64,000 nt of DNA from the human T2T-CHM13v2.0 reference genome, Homo sapiens. Positions 24,505 to 39,605 of the stretch are shown here, piece by piece. Location of the stretch: the NCBI RefSeq assembly GCF_009914755.1, contig NC_060933.1. One strand, given 5' to 3'. The translations under genes and the position numbers were made by a program. How positions within the stretch are numbered: position 1 is the first letter of the stretch; every line of letters starts with the position of its first letter. The notes under the pieces were generated by a model. The model had not been told where the DNA came from. It did no database searches and was given only the letters and a program-made list of their open reading frames with translations.

Positions 24505-26310
24505 TGAATTAAATTGTATTCCACATGTATTTACTGAACACATATTGTGTGCCCAAAGCTAGTCTAAGCACCTTGGGGTCAGGGGAGTGGAGGGAGAAGA
24601 TAGATGGATGGATCGCAAAATTGAGATTGAGATCAAGATCAAGATGGAAATAGAGCGAGAGGTAGATGCATAAGACAATAAGAGAAAATTCAAAGTACTA
24701 TGTCATTAAAACCAATGAATATTCTAGAAGTTCTAAGAAAAAATGATGAGCATGAGCTGAAATATTCAGGGTGGATATCAAGAGGAGAGGTGAGCCTACA
24801 TCTAAATTTGACAGAAAAGGGGAGGATTTGGATGGATAAGGAGCAAGCATTCTGGAACTGGGAGTCAGTTACTAAGCACAATAAGTGTGTAGGCTTTACA
24901 TTGTCAAAGTATAATCTTCTAAACATTAAAAGCATGACTCATAAAAATATGAAGTGCATAGCTTTCAAAGTTCTACTTAGCTCATTAATGGGGGAATCAG
25001 TATATTGTAAAGATGATTCAACAGAATGTACAAGAAATCAAAGTACATGTTGTTCATTAGAGTCAGAAGACTGAAATAAGATTGCTAAGTCAAAAACAAA
25101 ACTGGTTAATGTTCTATGGGACAACAAAAACTGTAACATTTGAGGTTCCCCTTCCTACTGGACAAAAATATTTGCTTCTCTACTGTAAAAAGATCATTTG
25201 CAATTTGACAATCTCTACTGAGTTAAAATAAGTCCACAGAGTCTAGATTCTAAGCAATAATAATAAAAGTCAAACAAAAATACATCTCTCTGGAGAACCA
25301 GGTACTCCTTATGGAGGCCTGTTTGACAGTGCTCTCATTTAACATTGAAAGGACACAATATGGACAGGATCTACAAGTTTGGAGTACTTTTTAAAACAGT
25401 ATTCAGACAGAAGGGAATTCTAACCTTGTTCCAGCATTTGCCCACTGTATGATGTGGCAATGTGCCTTAATTTCATGGTTCTTCAATTTCTTTATCTATA
25501 AAATATAGGCAATAATAGCTCTTGGCACACAGACTTGTCATAGGGATCAAATGAGATAATATACAATGTCAGAGTTTTGCATAATGCCTAGCACATAATG
25601 GCTAGGGTCAAGATACATTACCTCAGATAAATAGGGAAGGATCACCAGCAAAATCCCACAGATGCAAGCGACCACGGTGTTTGGAGAGCACTGGGTGGAC
25701 CAGCCTGGCTGGAGAAGAGAACAGGGAAATAGAGAAAGATAAAATAATAGTTTTTAGTCAGGATTTGTGTAGATCTAAAATAACTTTTAGAAATAAGAAA
25801 AGGACAGAGAAGTGCACAAACATTTTGAGAAACCTGGGTTTTATTCCGAAGTCCATTGAGAGCTACTACCGGTATTTTTTTGTGCCGCATAATGACACGG
25901 TGAATGCAGAATTTGGGAAAAACTAACTCAGCTTTCTATAGGGCAGTGTGAAACAGGGAGAGTCTGTGGTTAGAGAGGAGAGTTAGGAAGTGGTAAAGGG
26001 TTAAGACGCCAAAAGAGAGGAAGGAAATGTACATGAATACTACAGTGTGAAACTGAAAGATTGTGGGAATGGTGTTCTCTTTGATATTAGTAGGCAGCTT
26101 AGGAAAAGAAGACAGTTTTAAAGTGAAGATGAAGAATTCCGTTTGCATCTACTGACTTTATTTGGGACAAAGAGATATGGATGTTGAAATGTTCCATAGA
26201 CCATGGGAGACCAGGATTTGGATGAGAAATTAATGGTGGAGATATAGCTTTAGAGGTCACCCATCCAAACATGATATATAAAGCCTTGAAAGTCAATGGA
26301 CAAACCTAGC
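24505..26310. mobile_element. Patchwork of L2 (-) and MIR (+, ~25400-25620) remnants
   Basis: ATGTATTTACTGAACACATATTGTGTGC; CAATTTCTTTATCTATAAAAT...GGATCAAATGAGATAAT. Confidence 0.6.
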
Positions 26311-26729
26311 ACTGAAGAGGAGACAGCAGAGGAACAAGAATGATATGTGTGTTCTTTCTTTCTTTTTTAAAAAAAAGATAGTTGTTTTCCAAAGGATAAA
26401 AACATAGCAGGTCATTGGAGAGAGCGGAGGGAAAGCTCTAACACTTTGGAATCGAAAGTAGAAGAGTGATGCGGGAAAGAGAAGAAAGCCAACCCTGTTG
26501 AATAATCCCCAGAGCTGATGGAGGACGATGGAGGCAAAACTCGCTGAGTTGAGTTGACCTCCCCATTAAATGGAAGAAACTCTGGAAATACATGGAATAC
26601 ATTGGCTTAAATCCACTCTAAGTTATAAATAACCCACAGGAGAGAGTGTTTGCTGGTGGAAGAGTTTGCTGGGAGAAAGGAAACATTAAAGCATGGGGGA
26701 AATTGAAGGTGAGGAGATTGGAGCATGCG

Positions 26730-27190
26730 GTGCCTTAGGCTTGGTCTCCTTTCAAACCCGCTCTGGGACAAGAACGTGAATGCAAGCAGTTGATTTAGGA
26801 TGTGATCCCAGGAAGGACCAGAAAAGAAGCAGATATTGGGCCAGGGATGGGAAGAAAGTCAATGCAGGGTACATTAATCAGCAGGGTCACACTGTGGGCA
26901 GCCAGGACTCAGTCCTGCTAGGAGCCGGGGAAGGACTGTGAAGAACCAGTTTGAGAGCCATCCCAGCTGAGCAGAGACTCTTCGGAGTACTCAGTCACCA
27001 AGTCTAGGCTGCTAGATGAGAGATGTTCCTGGATTTTAACTCTCTGGTACTTTTGGTCTACTTGTGCCTGCAACCAGAGAAAGCCCTGAGGAGAGAGCAT
27101 AAGGCTGGCAGTAAGCAGCCTCTGGTGTGTCCAAGAACAGCAAGTACTGAGGGGCTACGGGTGGGGCACCCACAAGGTTTAGAGAGCAGA
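26730..27190 (-). mobile_element. Old MLT1 (K/L-like) LTR
   Basis: GCAAGCAGTTGATTTAGGATGTGATCCCAGGAAG, CACTGTGGGCAGCCAGGACTCAGTCCTGCT. Confidence 0.65.
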
Positions 27191-27799
27191 TGCTGCAGCC
27201 AGACTGCCTGAGTGTGAATTTGGCTGGATTTTCTGCCGCTGAGTACAACTCGGGGCAGGGCTGCTGGGGTCTTCTGATATAGGTCCAGCTCAGCTTGCTT
27301 CTAGACCGGCTTCAGAAACCTAAAAGAGTCAAGTTACCTGTCGGGAGCCTGATATCATTATTACTCACCACATTTTGGTCACTTGCTGTGTGTCAGACAT
27401 TGTACAAGATGCTTTCTACGTGACAGAAACCCCTGCCTCTCCACACAATCTGCTCTCTCCTTACAATCTGCTCTCTCCGTCCTCAGTGGATGGGGGCTTT
27501 GTTACTCCGGCATTAAGTGGCACAGATGAGTTAGCCTCACTCCTGAAGGTTCTCCTGTAAAGATGATTAATATTAAGAGATGCTATACTCTAAATACTCC
27601 AGAGACCTAAGGATCTACAGATACTTTTTCAGGATCGACTGGGGAATGACGGTTGTCACGGTGTTGAGAGCGTTGCAATGTTCTTATCAGACAATCACAA
27701 ACACACGCTGAATCCAGAAGATGTTGGACCATAAGGCATTTCTTTTCACACCATGCAGGTCCAAGAAGTCTTTATTCTCTACTCTTTCTCCCTCTTCTC

Positions 27800-28102
27800 T
27801 CCCTTCTCCCCCTGTTAGTTTTCGGCTTCTCTGGCTTCCCTTCATAATTCTGGCTCTGTCATGGAAGCACATGGCAAAGCTGGCCGTGTTTCCTCTGGAG
27901 TATTCCAGGTCCACTTGGCTGGCCCTCTCCTTAGAACCACATTCCTGGGGTTATGGGGAGACAACAGCTCCCTGTCATTACTAGCTGAAGGGAATAGTAG
28001 CATCCTTCATTAGATCCTCTCAACCTTGCTCATATCTTTATAGATAGTCCCTTTATCAGCCTCACTTCAAATTACCCAATGAGGGTTTATCTTCTGTTCC
28101 TG
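27800..28102 (+). mobile_element. Old MLT1-type LTR fragment
   Basis: ATAGTCCCTTTATC...CTTCAAATTACCC...TTCCTGCAGGACCCTAACTGACAATACA terminus. Confidence 0.55.
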
Positions 28103-29638
28103 CAGGACCCTAACTGACAATACAGCACTCAAGTAGACTACAGGCAATTCCGTGGCAGAAACCCCACCTTATGCTTCTCTCTGAGCCTGTCCTTGCAAAG
28201 ATACAACCACAAATGTTAGTAGAGATTAAAACTGAGGTTCAGTGTGGACTCCATCAGAGGAGCATGACTGTTCCTGGAGAAAAAGCATTTTCAGAAGGGG
28301 CACTGTAACTTCATTCTTTTACTCAACAAATACTGAAAGCCAGGCACTGTTCTAGGTGCCAGGAAAATAGTATGAGCAAGACAGAATTTCTGCCTCCAGG
28401 AGTTATATTCTAATGGAAGGAGTGAGTCAGAACACACACTGGTATAAATTAAAAAGACAATTCCAGATAACGCTAAGTAGAATTTTTAAAGTGCTAGAAC
28501 GGGAGGATACTTAGTTAGATGGCTAACTAAGGCTCTTATAAGTTCATTTCCAAGGTGATTGGGCCCCTTCGTTAGCATAACAGAGACACCCTATTTTGAG
28601 GACTTCTGAAATCATTGAGGGTAATTTTAACAATGCAATTCAATGGGAGAAGGAAAAATAAATCATTGAAATTTGGGTATTAACGTTAAAGGGACTTATT
28701 TGGACCCCAAAACAGGACTGTACATCTCTCCACCCTTATCACTGATGCGCCTCTAGTAGTCCAAGAAAAACTGTGTCATTGAAGAGTTGCTGCAATTTTT
28801 TCTTCTCTTATGGAGACTGTAACTCTGATCAAAGTGATATGAAGATGCTATTCTTTGGCTTCTGCAAATAGAATGAAAATGACTTTTGGCTGTGGGTATG
28901 TGAGGTTTTTCTCAAAATGGAATGTGAGGGCGAGCACTAATGTGCTAATAAACCTCTGTTGGCAGGAAAGAGGTTTTGTCAACGAACTGTGAGAGAAGCA
29001 GAATATAGTCCCAAGAAGTTGCAAGATGGGGTCTGCTTTACAGGAATTGGAATCAAATTCAAACGTTTTATGGTTCGGCCATTTAAACATTGACTTAAAC
29101 ATTTGGACATGTATCCATCTCTGGTCTAGCCTGGAGCCACTATAACTTTCACATGAAATCCACTGCAAGCTACTAATTACTGTCTTCACAAAAACCACAG
29201 TGCAGGCAGTAGCTGAATTCTGCAAATGGGTTTTCTGCTCTCAAGGAATAATGCTAAAGGGAGGAAATTTGTAGATACCCAGGACCCCTACCCACAAGTA
29301 TTTCCCCAAAACTTATTAATTTAATCCCAGGGCTCTCCTTCCCTTCTCTGGGCCCCATAGCTACCAGCTTCTCTCATCCTCAGCTCTCCGGCTTCTTCCC
29401 TAACAGCACATGCATTATAGTTTCTAGAGCAAGCTGGCTCAGGACTGTTAGAGGTAATCTCAGTCGACTGTGGCACCTTAAGGATGGAGCCCCTCATGGT
29501 GGCTTTTGTCAAAGTATTTAAACACTTACACGTGCCCAGCGTGTTTGAATTCTTTTCTAAGGAACTTACCATTTGCCTAATAGAATGACAAAAGCTTGGT
29601 AGCATAAGATCTGTTCACATCCTTGATATATGAAAGGC

Positions 29639-29985
29639 CATGGTTCTCAGACTTTTTAGTCCCAGTGCTTCTTCACACTCTTAAAATTATTAAGGCTCCC
29701 AAAAAGCTTCTGTTTTATATAGGTAGCGTTTATTGATGTTTTCTATTTGAAATTAAAACTGATAATTTTTTAAACTTACTTAAGATAACAATAAATATAT
29801 TACATGTTGTCATAAATATCATACTTATATGAATAGTAAGTATATTTTCCAAAACCAAAAATATTTAATGAGAAGGGTAGCATTGTCTTACTGTTTTGCA
29901 AATCTCATTAATTTAATATCTGGCTTATTAGCAGATAGCTGGATTCCCATTTCTGTTTCCGTATTCAATCTGTTAAAGTGCTGTT
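29639..29985 (+). mobile_element. hAT-Charlie element fragment (Charlie4a-like)
   Basis: TGGTTCTCAGACTTTTTAGTCCCAG...CACACTCTTAAAATTATTAAGG. Confidence 0.7.
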
Positions 29986-30185
29986 ATCCTTTCCCAGTTG
30001 GTGGGAAAGCAGCACCATGGGGTAGGAGTGCAGGGGGCGGGGGAAAGAAAGAACTTTCTGCTAATCCCAAGAATGTGCCATGAGATTTGGAGAGTGAAGG
30101 AAAAATAGTCTTGAGGTGTTGCAGTTTCACAGTTTTACCCCTTGAATCTACAATGTCAGATTTCAAATATTAGAACTGGATGGGA

Positions 30186-30539
30186 TAAAATGGAATGTAT
30201 TAACGGCATTCACCATGACCTGGATAAGATTAGAGACTATTATTCTAAGTGAAGTAACTGAGGAATGGAAAACCAAACATCGTATGTTGTCACTGATATG
30301 TCGGAGCTAAGCTATGAGGATGCAAAGGCATAAGAATGATACAACAGACTTTGGGGACTTCTGGGGAAGAGTGAGGGGAGGCGAGGGATAAAAGACTACA
30401 CATAGGGTGCAGTGTATACTGCTTGGGTGATGGGTGCAACAGGTTCTCACAAATCTCCGCTAAAGAACTTACTCATGTAACCAAATACCACCTGTACCCT
30501 CAATAACTTATGGAAAAATAAAATTAAAAAAAGAAAAAC
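30186..30539 (+). mobile_element. 5'-truncated L1PB-type 3' end
   Basis: GAGCTAAGCTATGAGGATGCAAAGGCATAAGAATGATAC; TSD AACTGGATGGGA at 30174-30185 and 30540-30551. Confidence 0.92.
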
Positions 30540-31660
30540 AACTGGATGGGAACTTAGAGGTCACATGACAAACTCTTCAGTCGAAAAAGTAGATTGACTT
30601 GATGACAAGTTATTGGGGAAGTGAAGCCAACACCTAAAGGTGTAGCATAAGCACACACTGATGAGTCCCAAGAAGCAAGAAGGGAATGGAGCATGTTGCA
30701 CCACTCCCCCTCCCCCAAGGACCTCCAGTTTTTTCTTTATTGCTGAATTGTTCTCTCCAGCAGCATTGGTCTCCATCCAGTGAATATATGTTCAGCTAGC
30801 CACTTAACAAACTCAAGCTGTGGTTTTAGGGCTGATAAATAATTATGTTAATTAACAGGTTGGAGGAAAAATATGATGTTATTCCCGTGGAATGCTCTGA
30901 AAAGCTGGAAACACTTAACTGCAAAAACTACATGTGGTGAAATAACCAATAATTTGCTTAAAAAACCCACATCTGGTTTGCTGGCTCAAAGCAGGGGTTA
31001 ACAGTCTTTCGAGGGCAGCCAGTGTCAGAGAGGGGTCCCAGGATAAACAGCCAAGCCTTCACGGCAGGAAATATGCTTGTTCTTATAGCACAAGCATTTA
31101 CATTGGCTTCTAACCAAAATGAAACGTACAAAGAATTGTTTGGTTTGTCTTTTTCTTTTTTCTCTTCATAACATGCAGTTCAAAAATGCCTTTCTCATAT
31201 TTGTATGCTTGAATATGGGACAGAGGGAATAGTCACAATAGAATAACAAAATAATTCGTTGCTCCAAACTTCTAAAAGAATGCAGAAAACACACCATGGT
31301 AATAAAGAATAGACAGGTTTAATTCATACATGCGTAATTATTTATTATCCTAACAGACACTGATTTGATACATAAGTACTGAGCATCTTCCTTGCACAAG
31401 ACACAGATATGAAAGTTATAACTCATACACAGGTGAGCCATCTGTGATCCCAGATCTCCAGGAAAAAGTTAGCTCAGAAGAGAGAGTAACACATATCTAC
31501 AACATGTGGATAATACAAATCCCAGTGTGATATGTGTCATTAAAGAGAGAAGTAAAGTCCTATAAGTGGCTTGAAGACCGGAAGTTTCATGTAAGATTGG
31601 AAGCGTCCACAAGGTTTTTTGTCAATAGTAGTATTTCAGCTGAGGCATAGAAGATGCCTA

Positions 31661-32172
<512 letters not shown>

Positions 32173-32529
32173 CTAAAGGGGAAACAAATAAGCCTAAGGA
32201 CCAGAAAGATATTCTCAAAACTGTGCGGGAAGTCCGTACACTGGTGCTGTATGTTCACCATTATCTGCCAGATATTTATGTAACATGACAACTGATTGGG
32301 CCAAGGTAGGGGAGGAACTGAAGATATTTTCATAGGCTCCATCTGCAGAGACTAACTAAGAAGATGTGCTTAAATTTCTGGCCACCAGATAGATAGATCC
32401 AGCAGGTGGCTAAAAATTCAGGTAGAGAGGCCAGAACCACAAGGGCAGGGGGTATACGTAGGAGTCAACAGAAGGAAGAGCACAAGGGGAAATGAGAAGC
32501 AGTCTCCTGTGGCCACGGGGGCCTCTTCC

Positions 32530-33125
32530 AATTCCCTCCACACTGTAGCCAGAAAGAGCATCAGGAGATGCAGATTTGACCACAGCATCATCCGCTAAAG
32601 GCTTTCCATTGCTCTTGCGATACACATCAAAGTTTATCACGGCCCGCAAGGCCCCACAAGTTCTGTCTGTTCTGTCCCCATCTACCTCTCAAGCACTACC
32701 TTCTCCCTCCCCTCCGTTTGTGCTTCAGCCACTGTGGTCTTCTCTCCATCCCATGGCCTGCTAGGTTCCCTTCTGTCACAGGGCCTTTGCCCTGCTTAAG
32801 AACATTTGCTGTCATCAGTTGGCCTCGCTACCCTCTACATATAATTCTCAATTCAGTGGCCTTTCTTTAGGGAAGCGCTTCATACTTCTTCTGGTTGGGT
32901 GGGTCAAATCTTTACATTATATTCCCTCACAGCATCTTATGTTTTCTCTTTCCAGACATATTGCAGTTGCAACCATGTATCTTTTTGTACAATTACTTGA
33001 TTTACAAAGGTTCCCACATGAAGCTATAAGTTCCTGAGGACAGGGTCACCGTGGATCCTTGATTTTCAGCACTTTACTCCTGGTATTTAGTAGGCTCTCA
33101 ATGCATAGTTGTTGAGTGAATGCAT
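32530..33125 (+). mobile_element. L2 3' region
   Basis: Pyrimidine-rich; ends TAGTAGGCTCTCAATGCATAGTTGTTGAGTGAATG. Confidence 0.75.
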
Positions 33126-34999
33126 ACTAAAGAATGATATAAAAATGCTCTCACCTGCGTTATTCCACTCAATCTTCAACAAACAGCTATAAGGTGGATA
33201 TCACAAGTTTAGCTTTACAAACAGAGAGGCTTTACAATGATGCACCCCTCTCCACCTCTCAGCACCATATAGAAAGTCAGTGGCAATGTTGTGGTTTTGA
33301 CTCTGTCCACCACACAGACCCCACCTTGGGAGCAGAATCCAGGTCTCAGATGCCAAAGGGGCATCAGGGTCTAGATGGCCACAAGTGCCAAATGCTGTAG
33401 AGGAACCAAAGGAGGATGGGAACAGGGACACTGCATTGATTTGGGACATCATAGTAGCCTTCTAGAGGGTGGTGGCAGAAGAGTGACAGGTGCAGAAGTC
33501 AGACTGTGGGCTCTTTAAAGTAGTTTGAGTGAAGGAACGTTTTCAGGGAGGGAGAAGGAGTTGCAAGGTGATTAGAAAAAGTCATCCAGTTTGTCGAGAG
33601 GGAGGCTGAGAAAGAATATTTGAGGACTAAGAAGACCACAAGCAACTTAGGGTAGAATCTTCTCCAGGATGAGTGAAAAGACAAAACAGAACCACACTTC
33701 CTAAACAAAGAAATCGAAACTCTATTCCAAGAAAATTTATTTAAAAAGTGTAAATGGCAAACGTGTGGTTCTGTTTATTTATTAGTAATCGAAGATTGAA
33801 AAGTTAGATTAGAGGTGCCATTTTTACTTATCAAACTGAGACTATTTTTTAAAAGAAGGATGCTTGCGGTTGCACTACTATTTATCATCTGATGCGTTTA
33901 ATAAACCTCACAGAGCATCAGGCTAATGTCCAGAAGTTGTGCTGGCCTTCATTGAGGTGGAGAGTAAATGTGATGGTGATCTAAGGGAGGAAAAAACATC
34001 GGCTCTCTCCCTTGCCCAGCAGGTTCTTCTGAGGAAATGGGAAAAGCCATCTGCTGAACAAAATGCTAGTCCATAACATGGTGTAAGAATGGATGATACG
34101 CTCTCTGGGTGGCAAAAGGCCTCCCTAATTTTAAAGCAAGAGAAACATATAAAGGTATGCTGTCTATACAAACAGTAGTTATGTATAACAAATATTGCCA
34201 TTAAAATAAAATAAACCAGTGGAAGCTTTCAATTTAAAAAAATGTTTTAAGAGCATGGTTATAATTCACTGATGGAGGCTTCTGATATTCCAAACAAAAT
34301 ACCTATAAAGACATATCCAATGAAAGAGGAAAACTTCTCACATTGGAACGAATACAGGCAATCAACCTAATGTTGGTTGGAATTAGGGAGGATTTCTACT
34401 GCTTGAAGAACTACAGACCAGTGTGTGACTGTGTTTGCCCACCTGAAACCAACTACCCCATCTGTCCCACAGGGCTCCCTGTGTCCCCTACCATTCACCC
34501 CTTGGCTGAAAGATGAGGGCCTCCACCAACTTGAAAACTCTCCCTCTGTTGTAGGAGTATCATTTTTGAGGATGACTTCTATCCCCCACATCCAGTTGGT
34601 ATCTCTTTCTCATCAGTAAAAGAATATAACACAAGGGGGTTGTATACAGTGCATCCTAGGAGCTGTAGGCCTACCCAGTAAAATGCTGTCAAAATAGGCC
34701 AAGCAGCAGGGCACGCAGAGGAAGGGGGCTTTGTTGTGTACTCTGGCATTGGCAGTTGTCAGAGAACAGGCAGAGAGAAGGAAAGAAGACCCCTCCTAAG
34801 TCCAACAGAACCTGACTGAGTGGAACCGGGGCTGGGCCGGGAATTGTAGATGAGAGAATTCTTATCTTGTGCGTGGATAGGGAGCAGACAAGTGCAGGTT
34901 GGTACCTTGGCCAACAGGCCCTGGGTGAAGAGACAGCCTTCTCTTCATCCTAAACTGGAAAAATGAGCCAGAGAGACACAAGACACCACAAAGTAAGAG

Positions 35000-35620
35000 A
35001 ACTGGAAATTCCTCCTAAAGTAATTCTGAAGAGCAAACATAGATGTGTCCAAGAAATAAATAGAATAGAATACGCTACCATTTTTGCTTATCAAGTTGGC
35101 AAAAAAAGTTTAATGGAATATTTAAAAGTAATAAAGTTTTTAGAAGAGACAATGAAAACAACATTCTTATACACTATCATATACATTATCAATGGAGACA
35201 TAAATTTCCAGAAACTCTCAGGAAAAGACTTAGGTGTACCTATCTTCATCATTGCAATCTTATTTAAACAACCTTATGGCCTAATATAGAAGAAGGATTA
35301 CTTTTTTATAGACATGTTTGCATAATAGGCCATTATAAGGATATACTCTAATTTATTTAATGATGTGGGGAATGCCTATGATAAAACTGTAAATCAAAAA
35401 TGCAGGATACGAGCCTCATTTCAAAACATCGGTTTTAAAACCACACAAAAGCACATATAGACATAGAAAAAAGATTAGAAAGAAAAGAAAAAAATGGGAA
35501 GAAATATGTTTAAATGTTAACAGTGATTATGGCTGAAAATACATAAGATTTAGGATTATCAATGAAGCAGAATTTGTTATATTTTATAATAACATACGTA
35601 AATAAATTTTTTAAACCATG
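35000..35620 (+). mobile_element. Old L1ME-type 3' remnant
   Basis: A-rich degenerate L1 3' motifs (AAATGTTAACAGTGATTAT). Confidence 0.5.
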
Positions 35621-37200
35621 AGGAGATGTTTTTAGAAATAGCCAGAAACGGAGGGAGAGGGGTGCACATCAGCACACAAGATCCCAGTGATGATGTGCGC
35701 CAGAATTAACGCACGTCAGAGACAACTTCCTTTCTCCCCTAAACAGGCCCCTAGAATACCATTTAAAAATGTCAAGGACCTGGTAGGCAAATTCATGCAT
35801 GATGGATACTTCACAAATCAGTCATGGAACAGTTTTATTAACAGAAGTTTTATAGGAAAATGATCTCATTCCAAGCGGTGCTCATGGACCCAAACTCTGA
35901 GGTAATGGGAGAACTATCATAATGGAAAGACTTTATGGAATGATAAATTAAACACTAGAAAAGCAGTTGAGAGTTTAAGTCTGACTCAGAGACCACAGCC
36001 CGAGCCTCATGTTGGAGGAAGTCCCTGAACAAGTCATTTCACCTTTCTGGGTTCAGGGTCCTCATTTATGAAGTGGGGATTATAAACTTCCAGTTTCCCT
36101 TGCAGTATTATTATAAATAACAAAAGGCAAATGAGTGCTCTGCAAATAACTTATCACTGCATTATTACATTAATGAGAGAAGTGCAAAGAGTTTATGAGC
36201 CTGGGTACTAAGGTTGTAATGTTTCACGGCATCACATTTTCTCCTAACAATGACACTACATATTGAGTGTTACTGGAAGATAATCCTTTTTCAGATTAGA
36301 TAATTTTTTGCAAAGTTTGGCTAATATCTGTTTTACTTATAATGCTGGTGTTTCCGTTGTTTAGTTTGGTTTCTATTGTTTTGTTTTTTAGAACACTCAA
36401 AAATATTTTTCACATTTGGAATTGGTATTTGAAGCATATTTTCCATAGAAGTACACTTCCCAAATACGGAAACGTACTTCCCAAATGCAGAAGTATCCAT
36501 AAAATGTTAAAATCTGCATTTTGAGGGTATTTGGTCAGTGTTGTGGGGAAGAACTTCATTTTCCTAAAATGTTTATGCCTGTGCATGATGTGTGTGTTTG
36601 TGTGTATGTATGTATGCATGCATGAGTGTGTGCCCACTGGTACACCTGTATATTACAGTCAGGAGGAGGGAGACTAAGTCAAGAAGATATAAGAAGAAAC
36701 AGTGAGGATGATGCCCAGATCCACGCCTCTCCAGCTGACCCCTATGAGATCAGGCCAAGTTTTGTAGAAGTTGTCAATCCTGAGTGATTTGCGTTTATCT
36801 ATAAGGAAAAGACACACACAAGGCAACAAATAATTGGTTCCAGTTGCACAAAATGTAGACTAATTGTAGATAAGAAAACAATACGCACAAAATGTGTTTA
36901 ACAGCCATGCTTGTAACAGAGAAAAATAACACATCTACCAAGAGGGAACTGGTTAAAGTTCATCCATAAAATAGGGAGTTCTATAGGGTCATTGCAAACT
37001 CTGATCAAGATCTACATTCAGATATCAGAAGATATGCATAAGCTACCACCGAGTGATTGAATCATAAAATATGTATTATATGATCCAATTTTATAACTAT
37101 AATCTACAAGTATATTTTGTATTAATGTATGTATTGCACAGGAAAAAAAAGCCCTGAAAGGATACACCCTGAAAAGTTAATCCTGGTTATCTCTAAGTGA

Positions 37201-37496
<296 letters not shown>

Positions 37497-39287
37497 AGTT
37501 TGAGGTATTTTTAACTTTCTATGTGGGTGCAATTGTTCGAATGTTTAACAGTCCAAATATTATTTTTAACAGCTTAAACAAAATAAGACCTTTTCATTTT
37601 GAGAAAAATAGCAAATTATATTGTCCACCAAAAAATTCTTAGAATTGAACCTTAGACATAAGAAGCAATGAACAATTAGCTTTATTCTTTCTCATCATGA
37701 GTTCAGGTAATGTGTTTGTATCCTTAACTCTGACCCTAACCTTTGACTTTGAAAACTTGCAGAGCTTATGCAGGAAACAGCAAGTCAGCTCAATTGCACA
37801 AAAAGCCTCAAATCGCTGGTATAAAAATTCCTAAATCTTAAATAGGAACCATCCAATCAACAGATGCTCTTTTCTCTGTAGCCTTTCTTCCCTTTCTGGT
37901 ATAAAATCTGTACCAGTGGCTTTGACAACACTTTTTCTAAAGCCACAAGTAAAGGTAAACCTTGAGTGAAAAGCCAAGTAATTATTTCTTCAGAATTAAA
38001 ATCATTGTGGGTGAGGATATTGGGCCAACTAAAGTTGAAACTGATTTAAAGGTGGTTTAACTGGGGACCCCTAATAGGAATAACTAGCTTGACACACCAA
38101 TTACACCTAATACACTAGGTAAACAAAAAGTTAATGTCAGAATAGTATTAACTACGATGTTTGGTTAGTAGAAAGAAACATTTTCCTTCCTCTAATCCTT
38201 CCTTTAAGATAGACAGCAACCACAGGGACCTATTACGGAATTAAAATTAAGTCATATTTTTCAGTTTTTGTATGTAGCCAACAATTCCTCTAAAATCCCC
38301 TCTGAAGTGCAGTCAGGCATTGCTTTCTTTTAAAAAATTAGCAAAATAAGGACATGTTATGAATTCCAAGAGGCGATCCTTTGGATACTGCAATTTCCCT
38401 TTGAGCCTGAGTTGTGCTGATCCTGTTTCCAACCTTATTGCAATGAAGCATTATTGGAAAATGCAAGTTTGTGGGGTTAAAGCTAATGTTAGTTTGTAGC
38501 ATGGAAATTGTGCAGCTAGAAGGATTTTTTAAAGTATCTCTTTTTGCTCTCTGGACAAAATGGGGAGCGGGAGAATGAAGATCTGGCATTTAATGCTTCT
38601 TGGTGAAAAACCATGTTACTACTCCTATCAATCCAGCTAAAAAAAATGTAATGCTATTTAAGTCCTCTTGGACTTTAAAGGAATCTGAATATTTTTACTT
38701 TTCTAATCTGTTCATTTTTGATAATCATGTGTGTTTTAAAGGAAATGTAATATTTGTAGACAGCCCTGGCTCTTAGCGTCATAATCTGGGAAAACTGAGG
38801 AAGATGTGGAGGGTGGTGGCTAGAGGCAGTTTCGCTTCATTTGCATTCATCATTGCCCAGTAAAATGTCAGAGATTCTCAAGATTTGGGAAGGTGACAGT
38901 GAGCTTTGGAAACGATTACATCGCTGTGCTTATTAGTGCCTCCTGGTAGCCCCAATCCTATTTCTTTTATAGTTCAGTTCGGTTCTTTTTCACCTTTTGG
39001 AAATATATGCTCCATGCTTACAGGATAGCCCAAATGGATGGAGACAGTAAAGCCTAACTATTGTGAAATGCCAATGGCTTTTCACAATGAACATGTTTCT
39101 CTCTGAGGGCCTGTATATTTAGGCTCCACGTTTAGGAGATCCTTGGCCTATGAAACTATACCTTACACCTCACACCTCCATTGGGAGGTGACATCTGGAC
39201 TCTTAACAAGATGCCTGGGATGGTGGTTGGCTCTTCCCAGAGCCTGTGCTCCTTCTGGCCAGCCCAAAGCCCACACTCCTGGACTAG

Positions 39288-39583
39288 AGTGGGTTGAATA
39301 GTTTCCCCTGAAATTCATATTTACTTGGATCATTAGAATGTTACCTTATTTAGAAACAGAATCTTTGCAGTTGTAATCAATTAAGATGAGGTCGTACTGG
39401 ATTAGGGTGGGACCTCCTTAACAGAGGAATGCCATGTGAAGACGAATGCACAGCTTGGAGTGATAAGTCCACAAGCCACGGGGGGTGCCAGCTCCTAGAT
39501 TTCAAATTTCTAGGCTCCAAAACTGAGAGAATAAATATCTGCTGCTCAAGCCACCCAGTTTGTGGTACTAGGAAATGACTACA
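39288..39583 (+). mobile_element. MLT1B/C-like LTR, internally deleted
   Basis: AGAATGTTACCTTATTTAGAAACAG, TAAGATGAGGTCGTACTGGATTAGGGTGG, AAGCCACCCAGTTTGTGGTA. Confidence 0.85.
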
Positions 39584-39605
39584 TAGCAGATTGAAGAGGA
39601 AGTTC

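Noticed and set aside
24621-24667. Hexamer-periodic run TTGAGATTGAGATCAAGATCAAGATGGAAATAGAG
   Set aside because: Decayed simple repeat within an L2 remnant; no repeat-spacer structure.
28848-29225. 125-aa ORF in unique DNA
   Set aside because: No recognisable homology, codon bias or splice structure. A conserved non-coding role cannot be excluded.
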